A program made the position numbers and the translations under genes. Shown piece after piece: positions 35,534 through 47,001 of a stretch of 64,000 nucleotides of DNA (position 1 is its first letter; every line of letters starts with the position of its first letter). Source of the DNA: an uncultured Acidobacteriota bacterium (GTDB lineage Bacteria; Acidobacteriota; Vicinamibacteria; Vicinamibacterales; CAVVIG01); the NCBI GenBank assembly GCA_963725105.1, contig CAVRXZ010000023.1, positions 63,669-127,668 on the forward strand, in the 5' to 3' direction. The notes beneath the pieces are model-generated. The model worked only from the letters and a program-made list of their open reading frames with translations, was not told the origin of the DNA and did no database searches.

Positions 35534-36860
35534 ATGATCCGGTGGCTCCTCCTGCTCCTGGCTCTGGTCACGCCGGTCACCCTTCACGGCGAGGACTGGG
35601 CGGAGATTCGCGGCAAAGGGCGTCTCGGCGTCTGGACCGAAACGGGAATTCTCGAACAGTTTCCAGCGAGCGGCCTGAAAGTCCTCTGGCGTACGCCCCT
35701 CAGGACTGGCTTTTCCGGGCCGTCTGTCGCGAACGGTCGTGTGTTCGTGATGGACTTCAGCCAGTCCGGGACCCTGCGTGGAACCGAGCGGGCAGTGGCG
35801 CTCGATGAGAAGACCGGGAAGGTCCTGTGGACTCAGGAATGGCCCGTCGACTACCGCGGGATGATGTACGCGTACGGCCCGCGCGCGACGCCGACTGCGG
35901 ACGGCGATCGGGTGTACTTCGCCGGCGCCGACGGAAAACTGTTCTGTCTGAGTGCTGCGACCGGCGCCGTCATCTGGAAGAAAGACTACGTCGTCGACTA
36001 CGGCGCGGATCGGTCGAAATGGAAATGGGACTGGGGATTCGCGAGCTCGCCGCTGGTTGATGGCAGCCGGCTGATTGCGCTTGTAGGCGGCCAGCCGGAT
36101 GCCAAGGTCGTGGCGTTCGACAAGGCGACCGGGAAGGAACTCTGGCGGGCCCTGTCATCGGACGATGATTTGGGCGTGGCACAGCCGATCATCATTACGG
36201 CAGGCGGCGCGCGACAGCTGATCGTGTGGTACCCGGGAGCGGTGGTCTCACTTGATCCGGTGACCGGCAAGAAAGTACTGGGATCAGCCGTCCAAGGTCC
36301 ACGCGTCGATGACGGTGCCCACACCCGTGCTCAGCGGATCGATGCTCTTCTTCACCAGCTTCTATAACGGGGGGCTGATGCTGGAGCTGGATCAGCAGAA
36401 GCCCGCGGCGACGCTCCTCTGGAAAGGGAAGAGCGAGAGCGAAATCGAAACCGACGGGCTGCACGGGGTCATCACCACGCCAGTCATCATCGGAGGTCAC
36501 ATCTACGGTCTCTGCAGTTATGGACAGTTCCGCTGCCTCGTCGCCAAAACGGGGCAGCGCGTCTGGGAATCGCAGGCGGTGACGAAGGAGCGCGCTCGCT
36601 GGGCCTCCGGGTTGATCGTGACGCACGGCGACAATCTCTTCGTCAACAACGATCGCGGCGAGTTGATCATCGTCCACCCGAGTCCGAACGGCTACGAGGA
36701 GGTCAGCCGCACGGCTCTGCTGAAGCCGACCTCTTCGTCAGGCAACCGCCGCGAGCTCGGCGCCGTGAACTGGTCGTACCCCGCCTACGCCAACCGCCAT
36801 ATCTACGCCCGCAACGACGAAGAGATCATCGCCGCGTCGCTGGCCGCGGATGGGCGCTAA
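35534..36860 (+). CDS. Secreted PQQ-binding-like (BamB-type) beta-propeller protein (frameshift near 36270-36300)
   Basis: Signal peptide, EDWAEIRG, repeated xxTGKxxW blades, WSYPAYAN..IYARND C-terminus. Confidence 0.85.
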
Positions 36861-36862
36861 GG

Positions 36863-36988
36863 GGTTCGGATCGTTCGGTCGTTCGGGTGGTTCGGTCGTT
36901 CAAGACCGTTCGGATCGTTCCGAACGCCGCTGAACGGTCCGAACGCTGCTGAACGGTCCGAACGTGCCCAACGATTTGAACCCCGAAC
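36863..36988. repeat. Inverted pair of 8/9-mer arrays (CGTTCGG... / ...CCGAACG)
   Basis: About 7 GTTC-core units at 36863-36920, then about 8 GAAC-like units at 36921-36988. Confidence 0.9.
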
Positions 36989-37033
36989 AGCTATCCTATT
37001 GACCACGCTTATAATGATGTAAAGATTATCAAT

Positions 37034-37062
37034 TTGACTTCTAGCCAGCCGGACGGTGTAAT
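37034..37062 (+). promoter_or_regulatory. Sigma70-like promoter of the leader-pheA-ilv operon
   Basis: TTGACT-17 bp-TGTAAT, 11 bp before the leader ATG. Confidence 0.6.
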
Positions 37063-37073
37063 AGGGCACACTG

Positions 37074-37196
37074 ATGCCGTTCCTGACCCTCTCCGCGTCG
37101 TCCACTGTCGACGGGATTCGTGTGAACCGTGGTGTCGGTGTTCGGGTCGTGGTTTTTGGCTCCCCGGTCACCGTGAGGCCGCGAGCCAACGGATGA
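37074..37196 (+). CDS. Attenuator leader peptide (Val-rich, 40 aa)
   Basis: MPFLTLSASSTVDGIRVNRGVGVRVVVFGSPVTVRPRANG*; 9 Val including VRVVV; precedes a terminator and the ilv genes. Confidence 0.78.
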   Translation: MPFLTLSASSTVDGIRVNRGVGVRVVVFGSPVTVRPRANG

Positions 37197-37231
37197 TGTA
37201 AGCACCGAGACCTGAAGGCGCAGCAAACGGG

Positions 37232-37264
37232 GCCATCATCCGACAACGGGTGATGGCTTTTTTT
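37232..37264 (+). terminator. Attenuator intrinsic terminator
   Basis: GCCATCATCCG-acaa-CGGGTGATGGC plus T7; CGGATGATG (37190-37198) is complementary to its 5' arm (antiterminator). Confidence 0.85.
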
Positions 37265-37305
37265 ATGGCTGATGGCTCAGGGCTGATGCCAGGTGGAGTA
37301 GATCG

Positions 37306-38160
37306 ATGCGAATCGCGTATCAAGGAGAGGCCGGCGCGTTCAGCGAGGCCGCGGCTCGCCTGATCGCGCCAGATGCTCAGCTCGTCGCCTGCCGATCCTT
37401 CGAAGAAGTGTTCGAATCGGTCGAGGGCGGCCCTGCGGGCTACGGTATTGTGCCGATCGAGAACTCGATTGGCGGCAGCATCCACCGCAATTACGACCTG
37501 CTGCTGACGCACCATCTTTCGATCGTGGCAGAAGTCGAGCTGCCGGTCGTTCATCAATTGCTGGCGCTCCCGGGAACTACCATGGCCGGCCTTCGCCGGG
37601 TCTATTCGCATCCGCAGGCGTTGGCGCAGTGCGAGCGGTTCCTGCGCACGTTGACAGGGGTCGAGATCATCGCGACCTACGACACGGCCGGCAGCGCGAA
37701 GCTGGTGGCCGACGAGCGTCTGACGGATGCGGCCGCGATTGCGTCCGCCCGAGCGGGCGAAGTGTTCGGTCTCGTGGCGATCGCCTCATCGATTCAGGAT
37801 TTCAGCGATAACGTCACGCGGTTCCTGGTCATCGGCCGGCGCCCGATCAGCGATACCGTGCCCGATAAGACGTCCATCGTGTTTTCTCTTCCCAACGAGC
37901 CCGGCGCGCTGTTCAAGGCTCTGAGCGCGTTTGCGCTGCGGGGCATTGACTTGACCAAGCTCGAGTCGCGGCCGATTCAGGGCCGGCCGTGGGAGTACCT
38001 CTTCTACGTCGATCTGGCAGCCGCACGCGACGAGCTGCCCTGTCAGCGCGCGCTCGCGCATCTTGCCGAGTTCGCGCCTACGCTTCGCACGCTCGGCTCG
38101 TACGCTGCCTGGAAAACGCGTGAGAGCGGTTCGCCCGATCCCTTCGAGGTTGCGTCATGA
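37306..38160 (+). CDS. pheA: Prephenate dehydratase
   Basis: [45 protein letters not shown]. Confidence 0.95.
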   Translation: MRIAYQGEAGAFSEAAARLIAPDAQLVACRSFEEVFESVEGGPAGYGIVPIENSIGGSIHRNYDLLLTHHLSIVAEVELPVVHQLLALPGTTMAGLRRVYSHPQALAQCERFLRTLTGVEIIATYDTAGSAKLVADERLTDAAAIASARAGEVFGLVAIASSIQDFSDNVTRFLVIGRRPISDTVPDKTSIVFSLPNEPGALFKALSAFALRGIDLTKLESRPIQGRPWEYLFYVDLAAARDELPCQRALAHLAEFAPTLRTLGSYAAWKTRESGSPDPFEVAS

Positions 38161-39818
38161 CGTTTGGTTCGAATCCTCTGACGACCGGTCCCAGCCGCGC
38201 ACCGGCACGGGCCATGCTAAAGGCGGTCGGCTTCTCGGACGCCGACCTCAAGAAGCCGCTCATCGGTGTGGCGAACACGTGGATAGAAATCGGTCCATGC
38301 AACTATCACCTCCGCGAGCTGGCCGTTCACGTCAAGAACGGCATTCGGGCGGCCGGCGGGACGCCGATGGAGTTCAACACGGTGTCGATTTCCGACGGCA
38401 TCACGATGAACACGGAGGGCATGAAGGCCTCGCTCGTGAGCCGAGAAATCATCGCCGATTCGATCGAACTCGTGACGCGCGGTAATGGCTTCGATGGAGT
38501 CATCGTACTGGTCGGATGTGACAAGACGATTCCCGGCGGGGTGATGGCCCTGGCGCGGTTGAACGTGCCCGGACTCATCCTGTACGGGGGCTCGATTGCG
38601 GCCGGGCAGTGGCACGGCCAGGCGGTGACGATCCAGGAGGTCTTCGAAGCAGTCGGCGCTCACGGCGCCGGCCGTATGAGCGACGCCGATCTGGCCAGCC
38701 TAGAGGCAGCGGCCTGTCCGGGCGCTGGTGCGTGCGGCGGTCAGTTCACGGCGAACACGATGGCGCTGGTCTGCGAGTTCCTGGGCATTGCCACGGTCGG
38801 AAGCGGCAACGTGCCCGCGAACGATCCGAAAAAGGCTGATGTCGCCCGGGCTGCCGGCGAGCGCCTGATGGGGCTGGTCCGGGACGGCGTCCGGCCGCGC
38901 GACATCCTGACGCGAGCGGCGTTCGAGAATGCGATTGCTTCGGTGGCGACGACGGGCGGATCGACCAATGCCGTGTTGCATCTGATGGCGATTGCGCACG
39001 AAGCAGGCGTGACGCTGGCGCTGGACGATTTCGACCAGATCAGTGCGCGAGTACCCCTGCTGGCCGATCTGAAACCGTCCGGCCGTTTCGTCGCGACCGA
39101 CTTGTATGCCGCCGGCGGAACGGCGCTCGTGGCTCGGCGGTTGAGCGAGGCGGGGGTGCTGAAGGGTGACGCGATGACGGTCAGCGGTCGTACCATCAGC
39201 TCAGAAGCGGCTCTCGCCGTCGAAGCGGCTGGTCAGGAGGTTGTGCGCCCGGTCGATCGTCCGATAAAGAAGACCGGCGGATTGGTGATTCTGCGCGGCA
39301 ATCTGGCGCCCGAAGGCTCAGTCATCAAGGTGTCCGGAGCCAACCGAACCACACATCGGGGCCCGGCACGTGTCTTTGATAGCGAAGATGCGGCGTTCGC
39401 GGCTGTGCAGGCCCAGGCCATTCAGGCGGGCGACGTCGTCGTCATTCGCTATGAGGGGCCGAATGGGGGGCCCGGCATGCGGGAAATGCTCGGCGTAACG
39501 AGCGCACTTATGGGAGCCGGGCTGGGTGACTCGGTGGCGCTGGTGACGGACGGCCGCTTCTCGGGCGCGACGCGTGGGTTCATGGTCGGGCATGTCGCAC
39601 CCGAAGCTTCGCGGGGCGGTGCAATCGCTGCGGTGCAGGACGGCGATTCCATCCTGATTGACGTTGAGAATCGACGCCTCGACCTTGAAGTCGCCGATGG
39701 AGTGCTGCAGCGGCGGCTGGCGACCTGGAAGCCGCCGCAGCCCCGCTACGCGAGCGGAGTCTTCGACAAGTACGCGCGCCTGGTTTCTTCGGCCTCAATC
39801 GGCGCGGTAACAGGGTAA
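38157..39818 (+). CDS. ilvD: Dihydroxy-acid dehydratase
   Basis: [48 protein letters not shown]. Confidence 0.96.
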   Translation: MTFGSNPLTTGPSRAPARAMLKAVGFSDADLKKPLIGVANTWIEIGPCNYHLRELAVHVKNGIRAAGGTPMEFNTVSISDGITMNTEGMKASLVSREIIADSIELVTRGNGFDGVIVLVGCDKTIPGGVMALARLNVPGLILYGGSIAAGQWHGQAVTIQEVFEAVGAHGAGRMSDADLASLEAAACPGAGACGGQFTANTMALVCEFLGIATVGSGNVPANDPKKADVARAAGERLMGLVRDGVRPRDILTRAAFENAIASVATTGGSTNAVLHLMAIAHEAGVTLALDDFDQISARVPLLADLKPSGRFVATDLYAAGGTALVARRLSEAGVLKGDAMTVSGRTISSEAALAVEAAGQEVVRPVDRPIKKTGGLVILRGNLAPEGSVIKVSGANRTTHRGPARVFDSEDAAFAAVQAQAIQAGDVVVIRYEGPNGGPGMREMLGVTSALMGAGLGDSVALVTDGRFSGATRGFMVGHVAPEASRGGAIAAVQDGDSILIDVENRRLDLEVADGVLQRRLATWKPPQPRYASGVFDKYARLVSSASIGAVTG

Positions 39819-39839
39819 CGGGGGCAGGTAGGAGCTGAA

Positions 39840-41553
39840 ATGAGAACTGGCGCACAGATCTTGTGGGAATGTCTGGTTCGCGAAGGGGTGACCGACGTCT
39901 TCGGCTACCCGGGCGGCGCGATTCTCCCGGCCTATGACGCGATGCTCGCGTATCCGATCCGGCACATCCTTGTCCGTCATGAGCAGGGCGCGACGCACAT
40001 GGCTGACGGCTACGCGCGCGCCAGCGGGCGGGTCGGCGTGGCGGTTGCCACCTCGGGTCCCGGCGCCACGAATATGGTGACGGGGATTGCCACCGCGATG
40101 ATGGACTCGTCGCCAATCGTCTGCATCACCGGTCAGGTGGGTAGCAAACTGATCGGGTCCGACGCCTTCCAGGAAACCGATATCACAGGCATCACGCTGC
40201 CGATTACGAAGCACAACTACCTTGTCACCTCCGCGGCCGACGTCGCACCGGCGGTCCGAGAAGCGTTCGCAGTCGCGCGTTCGGGTCGCCCCGGTCCAGT
40301 GCTCGTGGACATCACGAAAGATGCTCAACAGAGCAGCTGTGAAGTCGACTGGGACGCCGCCGAACCTCACCTCATCGAGGCGCGCGATGATGCGCTGCCA
40401 GGCGGTGACGATCATCGGGAGGCGCTCGCGCTGATCCGGGCCGCAGAGCGCCCGCTCATTCTTGCGGGCCACGGCGTGATGCTCTCGGGCGCGGAGCGCG
40501 AGGTCCTGGCGTTGGCCGAGCGAGCTCAGATTCCCATGGCCGTCACGCTGCTGGGCCTTGGGGGCATTCCGGCTTCCCATCCGCTCAATCTGGGCATGAT
40601 GGGTATGCACGGCGAGGCATGGGTCAACAGCGCGATCCAGGAAGCCGATCTGCTGCTTGCGTTCGGGATGCGGTTCGACGATCGGGTCACCGGCAACCTG
40701 AAAACGTACACGCTCGGTGCGAAGAAGATTCACGTCGATATCGACCGCGCCGAGTTGAACAAGAACGTGCGGGTCGATGTGGCCATTGCCGGGGATCTGG
40801 GCGCCACGTTACGGGAATGGCTGCCGAACCTTCCGCAGGGCGACCGGTCGAAGTGGCTGGCGCACATCGACGAGCTGAAGGGCGACTCGGCCGTGCGCGA
40901 CATCCAGAATCTTCCCGACGACGGGCATCTGTACGCGGCGCATGTCATCAATGATTTGTGGCACGTCACTGGCGGTAACGCTCTGGTCGTGACCGACGTG
41001 GGACAGCACCAGATGTGGGAGGCGCAGTATTACAAGCATGACCGTTCCCGATCGCTCATCACCTCCGGCGGCCTCGGTACCATGGGCTTCGCGCTCCCGG
41101 CCGCCATCGGCGCGAAGATCGCCCGGCCCGATGCGGAAGTCTGGGTCGTGGCGGGTGACGGTGGTTTCCAGATGACGATGCCCGAGCTGGCGACCGCTGC
41201 TCAGGAGCAGCTCGACATCAACGTCGCCATCATCAACAACGGGTACTTCGGTATGGTCCGGCAGTGGCAGGAGTTCTTCTACGACAAGCGCTACGCGGCC
41301 ACACCGATCACGCGGGCCGGACTTCGTCAAACTGGCCGAGGCCTTCGGGTTGTGGGCGACCGCAGTGACGAAGCGCTCAGAGGTGGTCGATGCGGTGACG
41401 ACGGCGCGGCGTCAGAAACGGACGGCCGTGATCGATTTCAGGGTCGAGCAGGAGGATTCGGTGTATCCGATGGTGCCGGCCGGCGCCGACTTGCACAAGA
41501 TGATTCGCAGGCCGTCGCCGCTCGTGGAAAGAGCGGGAGCGGATTGGGCATTA
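39840..41553 (+). CDS. ilvB: Acetolactate synthase large subunit (frameshift near 41315; end approximate)
   Basis: FGYPGGA, RHEQGA, SGPGATN, DVGQHQMW, GDGGFQM, MVRQWQ; VYPMVPAG in the second frame. Confidence 0.95.
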
Positions 41554-41563
41554 GGGTTCAACT

Positions 41564-42112
41564 ATGTTGCATACCTTTGTCGTGTACGTGGACAACAAGC
41601 CGGGCGTGCTCAACCGCGTCGCCTCGCTCTTCCGGCGGCGGGCGTTCAACATCGAGTCGCTGACGGTCGGGCATACCGAGCAGGCGGGTGTGTCCCGAAT
41701 GACCGTCGTGGTGGACACGGACAGTTACGGCGCCCGGCGTCTTGAGGCCAATCTCTACAAGCTGGTGCCCGTCAAGCGGGTCGACGATATCTCGACTGCG
41801 CCGTCAATTGTGCGCGATCTGGCATTGATCAAAGTGACGGCCACTGGTGATGCCCGGACCCACGTGATGCAGCTCGTGGATGTGTATCGGGCGCGCGTCG
41901 TTGACGTCAGCCCGGAGTCGCTGGTCATCGAAACCACCGGGACTGAGGATAAGATCGACAGCCTTCTCGAAGTCCTTCGGCCGTACGGGGTCATCGAGAT
42001 GGTCAGGACGGGCCGTGTCGCCATGGCTCGTGGGACCAGCCGTCCCGTTCGCGCTGTAGAGACTGCGGCGGGCGACATGGCGGCGGAAGACGTCAGCAAC
42101 TATTCCGTTTAA
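41564..42112 (+). CDS. ilvN: Acetolactate synthase small subunit
   Basis: NKPGVLNRVASLFRRRAFNIESL, EMVRTG. Confidence 0.94.
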   Translation: MLHTFVVYVDNKPGVLNRVASLFRRRAFNIESLTVGHTEQAGVSRMTVVVDTDSYGARRLEANLYKLVPVKRVDDISTAPSIVRDLALIKVTATGDARTHVMQLVDVYRARVVDVSPESLVIETTGTEDKIDSLLEVLRPYGVIEMVRTGRVAMARGTSRPVRAVETAAGDMAAEDVSNYSV

Positions 42113-42120
42113 TACGCGAA

Positions 42121-43218
<1,098 letters not shown>

Positions 43219-43315
43219 TTCCAGCCCGTCGCCGGGCGCTTGACCGTTAAAGGCCCGGCATAGTACAAATTACAGGCCTCGGGCGTCTCCGGGGCCAGCA
43301 CTCGTTTCCCGCTAA

Positions 43316-44266
43316 ATGGACAAGCTCATCGAGCGCGAACACGCGGCTCGAAACCCGCTCACCGCCGGACCGGCTCTCGCTGTTCAGTTTTTCCTGATCC
43401 CGCTGGTCGTTGTAGCCGTCACTGTCGGTCTGTACGTCGGCTTTCGGTCATTGGTTGCCGACCCCCGGACCTCGCAGGACTATCTGAACGAGATTCGCTT
43501 CGGGGGAGTCGACCGCCAGTGGCCGGCCGTGTACGAACTGTCCCGGCTCATGGACGACCCGAAAGTCCGTGCCGATCGATCGCTTGGTCCGGCACTGGTT
43601 GAGGCGTTCGAGGGGACCAAAGATGGCGATCCACGCGTGCGCCGATATCTCGCTCTGGCGATAGGGCGTCTGGAACCGCCGCTGCCGGCCAATGCCGTTG
43701 ATGTGCTGATGAGGTCGCTGGAGGATCCCGAGCGGAAGTGGAACCCGGACTGGGTGTCGCGTTTCAACGGCGGGGCGGACAGCAGTCTTAATGAAGCGCA
43801 CATCAGCACCATCTGGGCACTCGGCTCGTCGGGCGATCCGAATGTTGTCGCCCGTCTCGTGCCGCTGTACAACTCGCCAGACGCTGGCATCCGGAAGATT
43901 GTCGTGTACGCCCTTGGCGCGCTGCCGGGCGAGAGTCAAATCGTCACCCTGCGTACCGCCCTCGAGGACTCGGCCGCTGATGTCAAATGGAATGCCGCCG
44001 TCGCCCTCGCCCGACACGGGCGGTCAGACGGCATGCCGGTGCTCCGCCAGATGCTCGATCGAAGCTATGTCGAGCAGGTGGTCAAACGCGAGGTCCACGA
44101 AGATGCGGACCAGGATCCGATCGCTGACGTGATGATCAGCGGCCTTCGTGCGATTGCGTCACTGAAGGATTCGTCAGTCAAGGGGCCGGTGGAGGCGCTC
44201 AGTCAGCAGGACAGGAGTCTCAAGGTTCGTCAGGCTGCACTCGAGGCGCTCAAGGTGATCGGCTAA
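43316..44266 (+). CDS. Membrane-anchored HEAT-repeat protein
   Basis: N-terminal TM; repeats such as RVRRYLALAIG, IRKIVVYALG, VKWNAAVALA, VRQAALEAL. Confidence 0.8.
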   Translation: MDKLIEREHAARNPLTAGPALAVQFFLIPLVVVAVTVGLYVGFRSLVADPRTSQDYLNEIRFGGVDRQWPAVYELSRLMDDPKVRADRSLGPALVEAFEGTKDGDPRVRRYLALAIGRLEPPLPANAVDVLMRSLEDPERKWNPDWVSRFNGGADSSLNEAHISTIWALGSSGDPNVVARLVPLYNSPDAGIRKIVVYALGALPGESQIVTLRTALEDSAADVKWNAAVALARHGRSDGMPVLRQMLDRSYVEQVVKREVHEDADQDPIADVMISGLRAIASLKDSSVKGPVEALSQQDRSLKVRQAALEALKVIG

Positions 44267-44271
44267 TAGAT

Positions 44272-44322
44272 GGGCAGGTAGGTCTGGTAGGGCAGGTAGG
44301 GCGGGCAAGGCAGGGCGGGTAG
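44272..44322. repeat. G-rich 9-mer array
   Basis: GGGCAGGTA GGTCTGGTA GGGCAGGTA GGGCGGGCA AGGCAGGGC. Confidence 0.85.
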
Positions 44323-44337
44323 CTGAGAGACACGACT

Positions 44338-45075
44338 ATGGCAGACGAGCACGAAGAAGGTTCGCAACCGACAGCACCGGCGCCAGCCGCCACCACCGCG
44401 ACGCCCGCTGCTGCGCCCGCCCGTCCGGCCGCTCCACCGAGACCGCCGGCGACGCCAATACCGGATCTTGCCGGGAAGACGACGACCGTCGCATCAGTCG
44501 GGGGAGCTGCAGCAAAGGCGGCGCCAACGGCGGCCAGGACCGCAGCAGTCGCTGGTCGTGATCCCGATGACACCTCACCACTGCTGACGCGCCGTGCCTG
44601 GATCGGGCTGGCGTGGGGTGCTTTCTCGGCGGCGTCGGCCGCGGCGCTGGCCGCGTCCGGCCGGTTCATGTTCCCAAACGTGCTCAACGAACCGCCGCAG
44701 CAGTTCAAGGCCGGCTTTCCCAATGAGTACGGCATCGGCGTCGATGAACGTTGGAAAGACAAGTACGGCGTCTGGGTCGTCCGCACGGCGGAAGACGTCG
44801 TACAGAATGCCAGCGGCTTCTACGCGTTGATCAGCACCTGCACGCACCTTGGCTGTACACCGAACTACCTGTCGGCAGAAAACAAGTTCAAGTGTCCTTG
44901 TCACGGCAGTGGCTTCCGGATATCGGGGATCAACTTCGAAGGCCCGGCGCCGCGTCCCTTGGAGCGCGCGCGCGTGGTCCTGGCTGAAGACGGACAGATC
45001 CTCGTGGACAAGAGCCGCCACTTCCAGCAGGAGCTGGGACAATGGGCGGATCCTGAGGCCTTTTTGAAAGTCTGA
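44338..45075 (+). CDS. Rieske 2Fe-2S protein of a cytochrome bc complex
   Basis: Pro/Ala-rich N-terminus, LTRR Tat-like TM, CTHLGC and CPCHGS. Confidence 0.93.
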   Translation: MADEHEEGSQPTAPAPAATTATPAAAPARPAAPPRPPATPIPDLAGKTTTVASVGGAAAKAAPTAARTAAVAGRDPDDTSPLLTRRAWIGLAWGAFSAASAAALAASGRFMFPNVLNEPPQQFKAGFPNEYGIGVDERWKDKYGVWVVRTAEDVVQNASGFYALISTCTHLGCTPNYLSAENKFKCPCHGSGFRISGINFEGPAPRPLERARVVLAEDGQILVDKSRHFQQELGQWADPEAFLKV

Positions 45076-45095
45076 ATGATTACGTTGAGAGAGAT

Positions 45096-45911
45096 ATGGC
45101 AGACACAAAGACGGTAGCTCCCCAAGAAGCGGCGCTTGTCAGATTCTGGAACTGGCTGACCGAAACACAGGCCTGGACGTCGATCTTCCGCCACGGACGG
45201 CCCAACAGCGACCGCAACCGTGTACTGGTCATGCTGTCGAACGTGTTCCTCCACCTGCACCCGGTTCGTATCCGGAAGTCGGGCGTGAAGCTGCGCTATA
45301 CGTGGTGCATGGGCGGCTTGAGTTTCTTCTTGTTCCTGTCGCTGACGCTGACGGGATTGCTGTTGATGTTCTATTACCGTCCAACGCTCGAGTACGCCTA
45401 CACGGACATCGTCGGGCTTCGCGAGCACGTGCCGCTCGGCATCATGCGCGAGATGCATCGGTGGGGTGCGCACGCGATGGTGATCACAGTGTGGCTCCAC
45501 ATGTTTCGCGTGTTCATGACCGGTTCGTACAAGCCGCCCCGCGAGTTCAACTGGTCGGTCGGCGTGGTCATGCTGGTGCTGACGCTGCTCCTGTCGTTCA
45601 CCGGCTATCTGCTCCCTTGGGATCAGCTGGCCATCTGGGCGATCACTGTCGGGTCGAACATGGCTCGCGCGACGCCCTTCCTGGGCCACGAGGGGCCGGG
45701 GGCCTCGCTGCTGCGCCTGGGCGACGTGCCGCTGATTCACGCCCAGGACGATGCGCGGTTCGCTCTGCTTGGCGGCACGTTCGTCGGGGAAGGCGCCCTG
45801 CTGCGGTTTTACGTGCTGCACTGCGTCGGTCTTCCTCTGGGCATTGCCGTGCTGATGGCCGTGCACTTCTGGCGCGTCCGGAAAGACGGCGGTATTTCGG
45901 GGCCGATGTAG
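45096..45911 (+). CDS. Cytochrome b N-terminal (b6-like) subunit
   Basis: [39 protein letters not shown]. Confidence 0.93.
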   Translation: MADTKTVAPQEAALVRFWNWLTETQAWTSIFRHGRPNSDRNRVLVMLSNVFLHLHPVRIRKSGVKLRYTWCMGGLSFFLFLSLTLTGLLLMFYYRPTLEYAYTDIVGLREHVPLGIMREMHRWGAHAMVITVWLHMFRVFMTGSYKPPREFNWSVGVVMLVLTLLLSFTGYLLPWDQLAIWAITVGSNMARATPFLGHEGPGASLLRLGDVPLIHAQDDARFALLGGTFVGEGALLRFYVLHCVGLPLGIAVLMAVHFWRVRKDGGISGPM

Positions 45912-45920
45912 GAGGGGCGT

Positions 45921-46997
45921 GTGGGTTTTATTAAGGGCATCTTCAACCTCGTCGCCGACCCGCGCCTGTTCTTCGTCCTCGCGGTGGCAGCGCTCGTCGT
46001 GCTGTTGTGGAAGCGGGAGCGTATCGCGTCGAATACCTTCGCGTACAGCCTGTTCGCCGTGATGATCGTGTTCTTTGGCTTCGGAGCGCTCGATCCGAAC
46101 TTCCGGCTCATTGTCACGAAGCCGGATAACGTGCCGATCGTCGGCTTGATCTTCCTGCTGGTCTTCTTCGTCTGGTACTCAATCAGGGAAGCCGTACTGA
46201 ACGATCGGCGGATTACGGCGGGCGACGGACCGATTGAGAAGGCGGAGTCGGATCGCGTCTGGGTATGGCCCGATCTGGTCTATACCGAACTGATCTCGCT
46301 GATTGTGTGTTCGGTGGTTTTGATTGTGTGGTCGATCTTTCTCAAGGCGCCGCTCGAGCAGCCGGCCAACCCGGCCAACACCCCGAACCCGTCGAAAGCA
46401 CCCTGGTATTTTCTTGGCCTGCAGGAAATGCTCGTCTACTTCGATCCCTGGCTGGCTGGCGTCGTCCTGCCCGGCTTGATCATCGTCGGGCTGATCTGCA
46501 TTCCGTATATCGACAAGAATCCCCGGGGCAACGGGTACTACACCTTTAAGGAGCGGAAGCCCGAAATCGTTCTCTTTCTGTTCGGGTTTGCTGTGCTGTG
46601 GGTGTCGTTGATCGTGCTCGGCACGTTCCTGCGCGGGCCGAACTGGAACTTCTTCGGACCGTTCGAATACTGGGACATCCACAAGCTCGAAGCGCTGACC
46701 AACGTCAACTTGTCCGAATACATCTGGGTGCGCCTGCTCCGGAGGGGCCTGCCGTCGCAGTGGTACGTGCGCGAGATTTTCGGCATTCTCCTCGTGCTGT
46801 TCTATGTGTTCGTGCTCCCCGTTGTGCTCGCGAAGACGGCATTCAAGGCCTTCTACGAGAAGATGGGGGGCGCACGGTACTATGTTGGTGCGTTTCTGTT
46901 TTTGACGATGATGGCGCTGCCGTTCAAGATGCTGGCCCGTTGGCTGTTCAACCTGAAGTACATCGTGGCGATCGGGGAATTCTTCTTCAATATCTGA
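45921..46997 (+). CDS. Cytochrome b C-terminal/subunit IV-like protein with extra TM helices
   Basis: WPDLVY, APLEQPANPANTPNPSKAPWYF (PEWY-equivalent), IPYID. Confidence 0.85.
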   Translation: MGFIKGIFNLVADPRLFFVLAVAALVVLLWKRERIASNTFAYSLFAVMIVFFGFGALDPNFRLIVTKPDNVPIVGLIFLLVFFVWYSIREAVLNDRRITAGDGPIEKAESDRVWVWPDLVYTELISLIVCSVVLIVWSIFLKAPLEQPANPANTPNPSKAPWYFLGLQEMLVYFDPWLAGVVLPGLIIVGLICIPYIDKNPRGNGYYTFKERKPEIVLFLFGFAVLWVSLIVLGTFLRGPNWNFFGPFEYWDIHKLEALTNVNLSEYIWVRLLRRGLPSQWYVREIFGILLVLFYVFVLPVVLAKTAFKAFYEKMGGARYYVGAFLFLTMMALPFKMLARWLFNLKYIVAIGEFFFNI

Positions 46998-47001
46998 CGT
47001 T

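Noticed and set aside
36863..36988. CRISPR array
   Set aside because: Units are 8-9 bp, contiguous and without unique spacers; no cas genes.
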